Origin: an uncultured Chloroflexia bacterium
Lineage (GTDB): Bacteria > Chloroflexota > Anaerolineae > CG2-30-64-16
Assembly: GCA_963837925.1 (NCBI GenBank)
Contig: CAWIPK010000008.1
Location: forward strand, 90,708 to 154,707
Reading direction: 5' to 3'
DNA: 64,000 nucleotides
How positions within the stretch are numbered: the first letter of the stretch is position 1; each line of letters opens with the position of its first letter. The notes beneath the pieces are model-generated. The model was not told the origin of the DNA. It saw only the letters and a program-made list of their open reading frames with translations, and did no database searches. A program made the position numbers and the translations under genes. Below, in pieces: positions 30,379-39,455 of this stretch.

Positions 30379-30528
30379 CCGGGTTTGGCAGGGACCCTCA
30401 AGATCGTCTACGACCTGTTGCTTTACCGCAGCTTCGGGGCACACAAGCCCCCTGACCAAAGAGGCGCCTGAGGAACGCGCCGCCGGACGGCACATCTGCC
30501 TCATAGACCCACGGAAAGGATCCAGGGA

Positions 30529-31263
30529 ATGCGCTATAAACGCATACTTCTGAAACTCAGCGGGGCCGCCGTCGCGGGCGCCCAGGATTTCGGCTTCGAC
30601 CCCGGCGCGCTGGATTTCATCGCCGACGAGGTGCTCAAGCTGCACGGCGCGGGGATCGAGATCGGCATCGTGATCGGCGGTGGCAACATTTTCCGGGGCA
30701 ACCTGGGAACCCAGTGGGGCATCGAACATGCAGAGGCCGACAATATCGGCATGATGGCGACGGTCATCAACAGTCTGATGTTGCGCGGCGTCTTGACCAG
30801 CCGGGGCAAGGCCGAGGTGAGGGTGATGTCGGCGATCCCAATCAATACTGTGGCCGAGCCGTTCATCCGCCTGCGCGCGATCCACCACATGGAAAAGGGC
30901 TACATCGTCATCTTCGCGGCCGGTACGGGCCAGCCGTACATGACTACCGACTACCCAGCGGTGCAGCGCGCGATCGAAACGCGTGCCGAGGCTTTGCTCG
31001 CCGCCAAGTCCGGCACCGACGGCATTTACACTGCCGACCCCAACCTCGACCCGGGTGCCCGGCGCTACGTGCACATGGGCTACGACACGGTCGTGCATCA
31101 GAACCTGAAGGTGATGGACCAGAGCGCCGTCATCCTGGCGCGCGACCACGCCCTCCCTCTCCACGTCTTCAACTTTGACCTGCCCGACGCCATGTGGCGC
31201 ATCTGCCAGGGCGAGGACGTCGGCACGATCATCACCGACAGCGGCGAGGACCGGCTGGCCTGA
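30529..31263 (+). CDS. pyrH: UMP kinase
   Basis: KRILLKLSG, IGGGNIFRG, ADNIGMMATVIN, GQPYMTTD, DGIYTADP, LKVMD. Confidence 0.92.
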   Translation: MRYKRILLKLSGAAVAGAQDFGFDPGALDFIADEVLKLHGAGIEIGIVIGGGNIFRGNLGTQWGIEHAEADNIGMMATVINSLMLRGVLTSRGKAEVRVMSAIPINTVAEPFIRLRAIHHMEKGYIVIFAAGTGQPYMTTDYPAVQRAIETRAEALLAAKSGTDGIYTADPNLDPGARRYVHMGYDTVVHQNLKVMDQSAVILARDHALPLHVFNFDLPDAMWRICQGEDVGTIITDSGEDRLA

Positions 31264-31437
31264 GGCGAACTTTCCGCCGGACGGGCCGGCATGCTCCGCC
31301 GCCGGCCCATCTTCAGAACCTGTTGCACGGCCACCACCGTGCCGGGCATTCGACACCGGTACCACGCGGAAGCGGATACGTTCAGGACGTCCGATCCCGG
31401 CACAGCCGGGACGGAGCGTCTGCGCGCTCGCTTCGCT

Positions 31438-32517
31438 CTACGGCTGGATCGAGAAGGTGAAGTTCCAGGTCCCGTCCTCCGTGCCGTCCGTACGCGTGAT
31501 GTTGATATGCCCGTAGTATTGGTGGTTGAACTGTACCTTGGTGTATGTGTTCGGCCAGTACTGGTCGCGGGCCGGCACCAGAATGGTGCAGGTCGGTTCG
31601 CCGCCTCCGAACATGCAGAAGCCGGCCGTGTGCTCCTTCTGGGTGAACAGTGTCTCGCCGCCATCGTCGACGTCAAAGCGAACTTCCTGGATCCCCGCGC
31701 CGTCCTGGGAGCCTTTGGACTTCACGCGCGCCTTGACCTGCAGGGCGACTTGCTGGCGGAAGACGATGACCTGTCCGGAGACCGTCGGCTTCGCAGATGC
31801 CGGCAGAATGCCCGGCACGATGACCCGGAACGCCAGGTCGTCCAACCCGCTCGGCCCGCCCACGGCCACGTCGATGCTGGCGATGGCCAGCTGCGGCTGA
31901 GGTGTGTCGGTCGGGACGACCGGCGTCCCCGTCGGCGCGGGAGTCGGTGGGATGGCGCCGGAAGGCAAGGTGCGTGGGTCGAAGTTACAGCTCAGGAACT
32001 GCTCCGAGGCACTCACCCAGCCCGCCAGTCCCCCGGCTTCCACTTCTATCCACTGTCCGCTCGGGAAGCCGCGCCCGACGAAGGCCAGCGGCTTGACGGC
32101 CGCACCGGCCGCGAGGGCGGCCACCGGGGGTGCGAAGACCGTGCCGGGACCACTGCGCAGATTGAGGCCGTTGATCTGGACGGTACAGGTAGGCGCGGCC
32201 GGGACAGGGGTGTCACTTGGCGGCGGCGCTGCATTGCCCGGGGCGACGCCGGCAGGTGGAGAGGCCGCCGGCGCCGTTTGTCCATTGCCCGCGTCCGGCG
32301 GCAGGGGTGTGCTCTGGTCCAGCGGGGCTTGCTGCACGGCCGCGGCCGTCAGGTTGGCTGCGACTGCCTGCTGGTCCGCCACTTGCTGCGCCACCAGGTC
32401 GACTGTGGACGGGGGGTTAGGCGCTGCCGGTCCGGGCCCGGCTCCGCTCGGAGGTCCGCAAGCAGCCAGGGAGACTGTCAGGAGTGCCAGGCCGATGACG
32501 AGGGCAAAGTGCTTCAT
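31438..32517 (-). CDS. Lipoprotein with Pro/Thr-rich linkers and a bacterial SH3-like domain
   Basis: MKHFALVIGLALLTVSLAAC lipobox; LNLRSGPGT...W...GWVS SH3b pattern. Confidence 0.8.
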   Translation of the reverse strand: MKHFALVIGLALLTVSLAACGPPSGAGPGPAAPNPPSTVDLVAQQVADQQAVAANLTAAAVQQAPLDQSTPLPPDAGNGQTAPAASPPAGVAPGNAAPPPSDTPVPAAPTCTVQINGLNLRSGPGTVFAPPVAALAAGAAVKPLAFVGRGFPSGQWIEVEAGGLAGWVSASEQFLSCNFDPRTLPSGAIPPTPAPTGTPVVPTDTPQPQLAIASIDVAVGGPSGLDDLAFRVIVPGILPASAKPTVSGQVIVFRQQVALQVKARVKSKGSQDGAGIQEVRFDVDDGGETLFTQKEHTAGFCMFGGGEPTCTILVPARDQYWPNTYTKVQFNHQYYGHINITRTDGTEDGTWNFTFSIQP

Positions 32518-32598
32518 CTTCTCGCTCCGCAAGATGTGGGATCGGGTCCGGCCCGCCCTTCTTGATGGCCGGTCCATTCATAGGATGTTCGTTCGGGT

Positions 32599-35271
32599 TT
32601 ACCCTGCGGCGTCTGTCAGCCGATCGAGAAGAGGCTGGCATCCGGCCGCGATCACGCGATCGGCCAGCACGCTGTCGTACTGGTCTTCTTTGCCGAGGCC
32701 CACGCATTCGGTTGCCGCGGCCCTTGCCGCATCGTCCAGAGACTTGATTTCGGAGGTGGGCCCGCCGGTCAGGCGGCGGATGACGGCCTTGTTCCAGAAG
32801 GCCCCGGCCAGGCTCAAGTCGGCCTGGCCGAGCATGCGCTCTTCGCCGGCCGCCGCCAACACCAACCGGCTCTTCTCGATGTTCTGAATGGCCGTGTTGT
32901 AATCCTTGTCGGCGTCGGCATACTGAGCGGTTTGCAGGTAGGCGTCCGCTTTGAGCTTGTAGGCCTGCCCGAGCGCGAGCAGGGGCGTGCCGTCCGGTCC
33001 CCAGGCTCTGTCCAGCGCCGCTGACGGTGAAGCCGCCGACTGCGGCGTCGCAGTCTGCTGCGACGCAGTCTGCTGCGACGCAGTCTGCTGCGACGTCGAC
33101 ACGTCGGAGGTCAAGCCCGCCTGCCCGGAACCCCCGCTCGCGCTCTCCGCCGCCAGCGCGACCGCTTTCTGATACTCTTTCACCGCCTGTTCCCAGTCGG
33201 TGCTCTCCAGGCGATCGGCCGCACTCAGCGCCTGAGCGCGGTTAAAGTAAAGGGTGCCCAGGAGTACCTGCGCTCGCACCAACTCCGGATTGATTGCCAG
33301 CGCCCTGTGCAAGGCGTTCTCCGCTATACGATCGGCGGTGGCCGCGTCGGTGCCCGGGTCACCTTCCGCCATCAGCGCGGCCTGGCCGAGGAACATATAG
33401 TAAAGATCCTGGCCGTCTGCCCGACCTTTCAGGCGCGCGGCATACTTCTCACCCTCTTGCAGCACCGCCAGGGCCCTCCCGCCGTGTCCGTAGTTCTCCT
33501 GCCGCAGCCCCATGGTGAACCAGAAGAGAGTATTCGTCCGCATCGTAAGCGCGCTCCGAACCGCCTCGGCCGCGCTCATGTCCACCAGGATCGGCGTCTC
33601 ACCCAACCTATAGTGCCCGGTCACCAGGTCCGAATCGCCTCGCTGTTGCGACGAGATGTAGAAGTGCGGGGTGAACTGCTTTTGATCATCCAGGTTGCCC
33701 CAAATGAGCATTTGCGCGCCGAGGTCATGGGCCAGTTTTTCCGCGGCAGCCTCGTCATCGACGCGACCAACCGGCGCGCCTTGTTCGGATGAGAGCTGGG
33801 TTCCATGCCAGATGACCACGTTCGACGTTAGGTCGTGGTCCGGGTAACTGTCGCGTTGAGCTAAGAGTGACTTGAAGACCCACTCGCTCAGGCGGTCGCC
33901 GTCGTCCGAGTGCCCGATGTGCCCCGAAGTGTCCGCCACACCGAAATCGGCCACCGCGACATTGAAGTCGCCCGGCATGCGCAGCGGGCCGCGGGGCCGA
34001 TCGAGTGTCGCTCGCAGGCCCATGAAGGTAGCCCCGGACGCCAGGATCAGCAGCAGCGCCAGGACGGGCAGGGTGGGCACTTCCAGCTCGCCGAAGCGGA
34101 TGCGGTTCTTCTTTTTTGCGACCTGCCAGATGGTGCCGTCGGGCGAGCGCATGAAGAGCACCGGCGTCGCCCAGGTCAGCGCCGTCACACCCGCCGCGCC
34201 AGGATCATTGGCCAGTGACTTGCGCGCCTCGCTGACGGCGGCGTCCAGCGGGTAACCATCGGCGAGTGAGCCATAGAGTTCGTGCCCGAACAGCGCGGCG
34301 GCCGTGTCTGCGATCTCAAACTGCATCGCCACCACGGCCGGTATGCCGGCGCGCACCAGGCCCTGCGCCGCACCGGCAAACGGGTCGTCGTGCGCGCTGC
34401 GGGCTCCCTGGCAAGAGTTCAGCACCGCCAGCCTTAGTGAAGGGTGGTCCCGGAGCAGGTCGCCCAGGGCTCGCGCGCTGACCGGCTGGCCGTTGCCATT
34501 CTCATCCTCCATCACCAATACCCCGTCCCCTGACCCCTCGTCAAAGGCGCCGTGGCCGCTGAAATGAAGGACGTGATACTCGCCGCGCCGCAATTGTTCC
34601 TGGAGCGTGCTGAGACGGGCGTCGGGCAAGCGCTCTAGCGTCACCAATCCGCGCTGCTCCAATGGGCGCAAGGCCTGCGCCAGTTCTGCCCATTCCGCCT
34701 CGATGTCTAGCTTGGGGAACCCGGCCGGGCTGGCGAGCATGACCAGCACCCGCAACGGCGGCTTGACGGCCAGTTCCTCGGCGCTCTGGGGCAGTTCTAG
34801 GTAGCGCACCAGTGGGCTGGTGCTTGAAAGGGCCAGAAAGCGCGCGCCTGCCGGGTCGTACACGAGTTCCCAGGGTAGGGCGGACAGTTCGGGGACGTCG
34901 TTCAGCCGCAGACGGACACGCAGCCCGCGGCCCGCCTGGCGGCTCAGATCCAGGCTCCGGGCCAGGCTGTCAGCGACCTCACCGCTGAAGAGCGCCTGGA
35001 AGAGTTGTTCGCCAAGGCGTTGCGGCGCACTTGCTCCGCCAGATCCGTCCGGGGCCCGCTCGAGCTTCGACAGCAGATCGTCAAGTTCTGCGCCCGAGAA
35101 CGGCAGGCTGAATTCCGCGCTGGCCTCACCGGCCGGCGACTCGAGCACGCGCGCGCGATAACCGGCGGTCGCACGTTCTACCAGCAGATCGAAATTAGCA
35201 TAAACCAAACCGGCCACGCGCTGCCCCTTTTTTGCTCGCGAACGCCTCGCGCCGAGGAACTTATGTGACAC
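32599..35271 (-). CDS. CHAT (caspase-like) domain protein with a TM helix and C-terminal TPR-like region
   Basis: LPWE, HFSGHG, LNSCQG, VVAMQF, WATPVLF; TM PVLALLLILASGATFMGL. Start may be GTG at 35217. Confidence 0.88.
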   Translation of the reverse strand: MSHKFLGARRSRAKKGQRVAGLVYANFDLLVERATAGYRARVLESPAGEASAEFSLPFSGAELDDLLSKLERAPDGSGGASAPQRLGEQLFQALFSGEVADSLARSLDLSRQAGRGLRVRLRLNDVPELSALPWELVYDPAGARFLALSSTSPLVRYLELPQSAEELAVKPPLRVLVMLASPAGFPKLDIEAEWAELAQALRPLEQRGLVTLERLPDARLSTLQEQLRRGEYHVLHFSGHGAFDEGSGDGVLVMEDENGNGQPVSARALGDLLRDHPSLRLAVLNSCQGARSAHDDPFAGAAQGLVRAGIPAVVAMQFEIADTAAALFGHELYGSLADGYPLDAAVSEARKSLANDPGAAGVTALTWATPVLFMRSPDGTIWQVAKKKNRIRFGELEVPTLPVLALLLILASGATFMGLRATLDRPRGPLRMPGDFNVAVADFGVADTSGHIGHSDDGDRLSEWVFKSLLAQRDSYPDHDLTSNVVIWHGTQLSSEQGAPVGRVDDEAAAEKLAHDLGAQMLIWGNLDDQKQFTPHFYISSQQRGDSDLVTGHYRLGETPILVDMSAAEAVRSALTMRTNTLFWFTMGLRQENYGHGGRALAVLQEGEKYAARLKGRADGQDLYYMFLGQAALMAEGDPGTDAATADRIAENALHRALAINPELVRAQVLLGTLYFNRAQALSAADRLESTDWEQAVKEYQKAVALAAESASGGSGQAGLTSDVSTSQQTASQQTASQQTATPQSAASPSAALDRAWGPDGTPLLALGQAYKLKADAYLQTAQYADADKDYNTAIQNIEKSRLVLAAAGEERMLGQADLSLAGAFWNKAVIRRLTGGPTSEIKSLDDAARAAATECVGLGKEDQYDSVLADRVIAAGCQPLLDRLTDAAG
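33050..33094. repeat. 15-bp tandem repeat x3 (GCAGTCTGCTGCGAC; encodes SQQTA)
   Basis: Three exact copies, in frame, inside the CHAT gene. Confidence 0.9.
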
Positions 35272-35334
35272 AAGCTTATATCATATGTCGTCCACTCGTA
35301 CGGTAGGGACGCTTAATTTGCTCGTTCTCCGAAT

Positions 35335-35363
35335 TTGACAATCCAGGACTACTTAAGTAGAAT
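35335..35363 (+). promoter_or_regulatory. Near-consensus sigma70 promoter with an overlapping palindrome
   Basis: TTGACA-17 nt-TAGAAT; palindromes CTACTTAAGTAG (35349-35360) and TTAAGTACTTAA (35376-35387). Confidence 0.75.
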
Positions 35364-35369
35364 GCCGCT

Positions 35370-35573
35370 CATACTTTAAGTACTTAATACCTAGAGCCTT
35401 AACGGGTTCTAGGTTAGGAATTGTGGGATGCCGTTCGGGGAGATGGCAGCCGCTTCGTGCGCCGTGGAGGGGGCCGATGGGCCCCGGAAGAATCAGGGAC
35501 GCAGGGGTGCCACAGGGTGCCCGCAAGGTTGAAGAGCAAAACGCCCGGACCGCAAAGCCGGGCGTTTTGCTTT
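35370..35573 (+). ncRNA. Candidate ~200-nt small RNA (or small-peptide mRNA), family unknown
   Basis: Bounded by a strong promoter and a terminator hairpin; 5' hairpin at 35389-35414; no credible long ORF. Confidence 0.45.
35535..35573. terminator. Intrinsic terminator, possibly bidirectional
   Basis: 14-bp stem AGCAAAACGCCCGG/CCGGGCGTTTTGCT with A and T tracts in the arms; between the convergent sRNA candidate and pepF. Confidence 0.7.
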
Positions 35574-35675
35574 AGTCGCGACCTCGCGACGGCAGGGTGC
35601 ACCGGCGCAAGGGCCGCCTCTGTCAGAACGAGCGCAAGGGGGATCGTCTGCTCGGCGCGCGCGCGGCCGCAGCGT

Positions 35676-37460
35676 TCAAGCCGCCAACGTCTCCGCCTCG
35701 CTCACCATGTCATCCAGGATTTGCAGGCCGTCTTTCCAGAAGTCCAGATCCTTCAGATCCACGCCAAGCGGTCGTAGGATCTCGTACGGCCATTTCGAGC
35801 CGCCTGCGCTCAACATCGCCAGGTAGCGGTCTGGGAACTCGGCCCCAACCTGCTGATAGCGGGCGTACAGTGCGAGCACGAGCAACTCGCCAAAGGCGTA
35901 AGCGTAGACGTAGCCCGGCGTGTTGATGAAGTGCGGGATGTAGCTCCACCACAGGCCGTAATCCGCGGTCAGGTTGACGCTGTCCATGAACATCGCCCGC
36001 TGCGTCTCCAGCCAGAGCTCGTTGTAGCGTTCGGTTGTCAATTCACCCTCACTGCGGCGGGCCCCGTGGATCGCGTCCTCGAAACGGTTCATGCTCACCT
36101 GGCGGAACACGGTGGCGAAAGAGTCCTCCAGCTTGCCGGTCAGCATGCTCAGCCGCACCTGCGGATCGCTCTCGCGCCTCATCACGTCCTGGAACACCAA
36201 CATCTCGCCGAACACCGAGGCCGTCTCGGCGGTCGTCAGCGGGGTATGCATCTGCAGCATGCCCTGTTCACGCGACAGGGTCTGGTGGACGGCGTGGCCA
36301 AGTTCGTGCGCCACCGTCATTACGTCTCGGGGACGGGCCTCATAGTTCACGAGCACGTATGGGTGAACTGAGGGCACGGTGCCTGCGCTGTAGGCCCCGC
36401 CGATCTTGCCTGGGCGCATGGCCGCGTCGATCCAGTGATTGGTGAAGAACCGGCCTGCGATCTCGGCCATGCGCGGGTGGAAGGCGTGGTAGGCGTCGAG
36501 CACGATCCGGCGGGTCTCCTCCCAGGGATAGATGTGCAGGGCGGCAGGCAACGGAGCGTAGCGGTCGTACTCGAACAACTCATCCAGCCCGAGCAGGCGG
36601 CGCTTGAGGCGATAGTAACGGGCGACGACGTCATAACGGCCGGTGACGGCGTTCACCAGCGCATTGACTACTTCCGCGTCCACCTCGTTGGCCAGGTTGC
36701 GGGCGCTGATCCAGCTCGCGTAGTGGCGCAGCCGGTCATCAGAAGCCTTATCGGCCAGCAGATTGTTGAATATGTAAGTCGTGGCATGGCTGAGGTCCTG
36801 CAGTCCGGCCGTTACGGACGCAGAGGCCCGCCTGCGCAAATCGCGATCCGGCTCATGCAGTTTGCTCAGCACCTTCTCCTTGGGCAGCTTAACGCCGTCC
36901 AGCTCAAAGGTGGCGGCACTGAGAGTCTCGCTGAAGAAGCGTTCCCAGGCGCTGCGTCCGGTCACCGACTTCTCCGCCAGGATCCGCTCTTCGGGCTCGC
37001 TGAGGACGTGTGGGCGGTAGAGGCGAGCCTTCTCCAGGTAATGGCGGTAGTGCGCCAGTTCCGGGCTCTCGATCAGCTTTTGCGCCACGTCATCCGGCGC
37101 GTTCGCCCACTCCAGTTCGACGAACACCAACTCCTGGCTCAGTCGCGATTCACGCTCGGTCGCTCGCTGCATCAGGGCTCCGCGCGCCGGGTCCCTGGTA
37201 TCGGCGCTCCAGAGCAGGTAAGCGTAGGAGCCAACCTTGGACACGAGCTCGGAGATCGCTTCATATTCCTGGAGCATGCTCCGCAGCTGATCCGGGCTCA
37301 ACTCCGCGATCCGCCCATAATACTGCTTGCGCAGGCCGGCAGCCCGCGCATCGGCCTCGTCCAGATCCCCTGTCAGATGGGGATCGTCCGCGCCGCCGTA
37401 CAGATCGCCCAGGTCCCAGGCGACCTGCTCCGCTCCGGTCAGGGTTGTGTCATCGCTCAT
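35676..37460 (-). CDS. pepF: M3 family oligoendopeptidase F
   Basis: WDLGDLY, GKIGGAYS, HELGHAVH zinc motif, AETASVFGE, YVYAYAFG. Confidence 0.92.
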   Translation of the reverse strand: MSDDTTLTGAEQVAWDLGDLYGGADDPHLTGDLDEADARAAGLRKQYYGRIAELSPDQLRSMLQEYEAISELVSKVGSYAYLLWSADTRDPARGALMQRATERESRLSQELVFVELEWANAPDDVAQKLIESPELAHYRHYLEKARLYRPHVLSEPEERILAEKSVTGRSAWERFFSETLSAATFELDGVKLPKEKVLSKLHEPDRDLRRRASASVTAGLQDLSHATTYIFNNLLADKASDDRLRHYASWISARNLANEVDAEVVNALVNAVTGRYDVVARYYRLKRRLLGLDELFEYDRYAPLPAALHIYPWEETRRIVLDAYHAFHPRMAEIAGRFFTNHWIDAAMRPGKIGGAYSAGTVPSVHPYVLVNYEARPRDVMTVAHELGHAVHQTLSREQGMLQMHTPLTTAETASVFGEMLVFQDVMRRESDPQVRLSMLTGKLEDSFATVFRQVSMNRFEDAIHGARRSEGELTTERYNELWLETQRAMFMDSVNLTADYGLWWSYIPHFINTPGYVYAYAFGELLVLALYARYQQVGAEFPDRYLAMLSAGGSKWPYEILRPLGVDLKDLDFWKDGLQILDDMVSEAETLAA

Positions 37461-37490
37461 ACGTAGTGCTCCTTCTGCGCCTCAGCCCAT

Positions 37491-37528
37491 CGCAGATGCG
37501 AGCGCGCTCTGGCGCGCTCGCATCTGCG
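37491..37528. repeat. Perfect 17-bp inverted repeat (hairpin)
   Basis: CGCAGATGCGAGCGCGC-TCTG-GCGCGCTCGCATCTGCG between the ABC gene and pepF; no U-tract. Confidence 0.8.
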
Positions 37529-37537
37529 GGCACGGGA

Positions 37538-39454
37538 CTACGCGGTCGCCGACTGCGAAGCCGCCGGCCGTTGTGCCGTGACCGGCTGAGCGGTCGACGC
37601 CGCGCCAAGCGGCCCTGCGGCCGCGTCTGCCTCAATCTCGAACGGATCGAACTCGCGTTCGAGTTCGTGCCTGAACTGCTGCGTGTACAGCCGGTAATAG
37701 TGCCCTCGCTCGCGCAACAACTCGGCGTGCGTCCCCATCTCGGCGATCTTCCCGCCCTCGATGACGACGATCCGGTCGGCCCGCCTTATGGTAGACAGGC
37801 GATGGGCAATGATGAAGCTGGTCGAGCTCTCCATCAAGGTCTCCATGCCCCGCTGGATCAACGCCTCGGTGAGTGTGTCGACGGAACTGGTCGCCTCGTC
37901 CATCACGAAGATCTCCGGCCGGGCCAGCACCGCACGCGCCAGGCTGATCAACTGCTTCTGGCCGACCGACAGCAGGTTGCCGCCTTCACCTACCTCGTTA
38001 TCATACCCCTTGTCCAGAGTGACGATGAAATCGTGTGCGCCTGCCAGCCTGGCGGCCGTCTCGATTTCCTCGTTCGAAGCGTCCAACCGGCCGTAACGGA
38101 TGTTCTCGCGCACGCTTCCCGAGAACAGGTGTGGAGTCTGCAACACGACGCCGATACGCGATTGTATGCTATGGAGCGAGAGGCGGGTGTAATCGTGGCC
38201 GCCGATGCGGATCACCCCGGCCCTCGGCTCATAGAACCGGCAGACCAGGTTGACGATCGTCGACTTGCCGCCGCCTGTCGGGCCGACCAGGGCGATCGTT
38301 TCGCCCGGTTTCACGCGGAGGTTGAAGTCGGCCAGCACGGGCTTGCCGGCTTCGTAGTAGAAGTCTACGTGCTCGAACTCGACTTCCCCATGGATCGTGC
38401 CCGGGTCGATAGCCCCGGGCCGGTCGACGACGTCCGGCGTCGCGTCGATCAGGGAGAAGGCGCGCTCGGCCGAGGCGATCGAGTGCTGCAGGTCGGCGTA
38501 GACGCGCGCGAGGTCCGAGATCGGCCACATGATGGACGTAACGTAGCCGATGAACGCCTGAATGCCGCCGATCGTCATCCCCCCCAGCACGCCTGCCAGG
38601 GCTGCCTGCGCCATCGAGCGTCCGCTGTAGTAGATGATCGCGCCCACCGCCAGCGCGCTGATGATCTGCACTACCGGGAGGAATAGCGCCGACAGCCAGG
38701 CCGCACGGAACGACGCGCGGTACATATCGCTTGCCAGCAGGCCGAACTCGCGCAAGTTCTCTTCCTCGCGGCACAACGCCTTGACCACGCGGACCCCACT
38801 GATGTTTTCGTTGTAGGCGCCGGTGAGCTTCGAGTTGAACTTGCGCACCATCCGGTACTGGACCAGGATGCGCGACTTGAATTGAATGGCCACGACCAAC
38901 AGGATCGGGATGATCACGGCCACGATCAGGGCCAGCCGCCAGTTGATCACGAGCATGAAGGCCATGGCCGTGCAGACGTTCAGCACCGCCCAGGTTGAGT
39001 CCAGCGTCCCCCACGTGACCAGTTGGGCGATACGTTCCGAATCCGACGTGACGCGCGTCATGATCCAGCCGACCGGGGTGCGGTCGAAGTAGGAGAAGGA
39101 CAGCTCCTGCAGGTGTTTGAACATCTTTTGCCGCAGGTCGTACTGCACCCGCTCGCCCAAGAGAGCCACCAGGAAAATGAAACCCAAGACACACGCAGCC
39201 TGAACGAGTATCAGCCCGCCATAGAGCGCGATCAGGTGCATCAGCGCCGCCTGATCGCCGGCCAGGATGCCCTGGTCGATGATGCGCTTGCTCAAGAAGG
39301 TAAAGTAGCCGTCCAGGAATGAGACGATCGCGATCAGCACCAGGAAACCCGCCACCCAGGTCCAATGGGGCCGGGTCTGCGCCAGAATACGTCGCAGCGT
39401 CCCGCCGTTGAACTGGGTGGTGAACTCTTCTTCTTCAAAGTACGAGTTCGCCAT
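37538..39454 (-). CDS. ABC exporter half-transporter (TMD+NBD)
   Basis: GPTGGGKS, degenerate signature LSVGQ, IFVMDEATS, IAHRLS. Confidence 0.93.
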   Translation of the reverse strand: MANSYFEEEEFTTQFNGGTLRRILAQTRPHWTWVAGFLVLIAIVSFLDGYFTFLSKRIIDQGILAGDQAALMHLIALYGGLILVQAACVLGFIFLVALLGERVQYDLRQKMFKHLQELSFSYFDRTPVGWIMTRVTSDSERIAQLVTWGTLDSTWAVLNVCTAMAFMLVINWRLALIVAVIIPILLVVAIQFKSRILVQYRMVRKFNSKLTGAYNENISGVRVVKALCREEENLREFGLLASDMYRASFRAAWLSALFLPVVQIISALAVGAIIYYSGRSMAQAALAGVLGGMTIGGIQAFIGYVTSIMWPISDLARVYADLQHSIASAERAFSLIDATPDVVDRPGAIDPGTIHGEVEFEHVDFYYEAGKPVLADFNLRVKPGETIALVGPTGGGKSTIVNLVCRFYEPRAGVIRIGGHDYTRLSLHSIQSRIGVVLQTPHLFSGSVRENIRYGRLDASNEEIETAARLAGAHDFIVTLDKGYDNEVGEGGNLLSVGQKQLISLARAVLARPEIFVMDEATSSVDTLTEALIQRGMETLMESSTSFIIAHRLSTIRRADRIVVIEGGKIAEMGTHAELLRERGHYYRLYTQQFRHELEREFDPFEIEADAAAGPLGAASTAQPVTAQRPAASQSATA

Positions 39455-39455
39455 C

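Noticed and set aside
35465-35500. GGGCCCCGGAAGAATCAGG, resembling SRP RNA helix 8
   Set aside because: The GGAA is not closed by a stem and the CAGG/AGCA internal loop is absent.
35421-35926. Track ORFs 35421-35777, 35414-35602 and 35597-35926
   Set aside because: They cross the terminator or overlap pepF, and are Arg/Gly-rich with no motifs.
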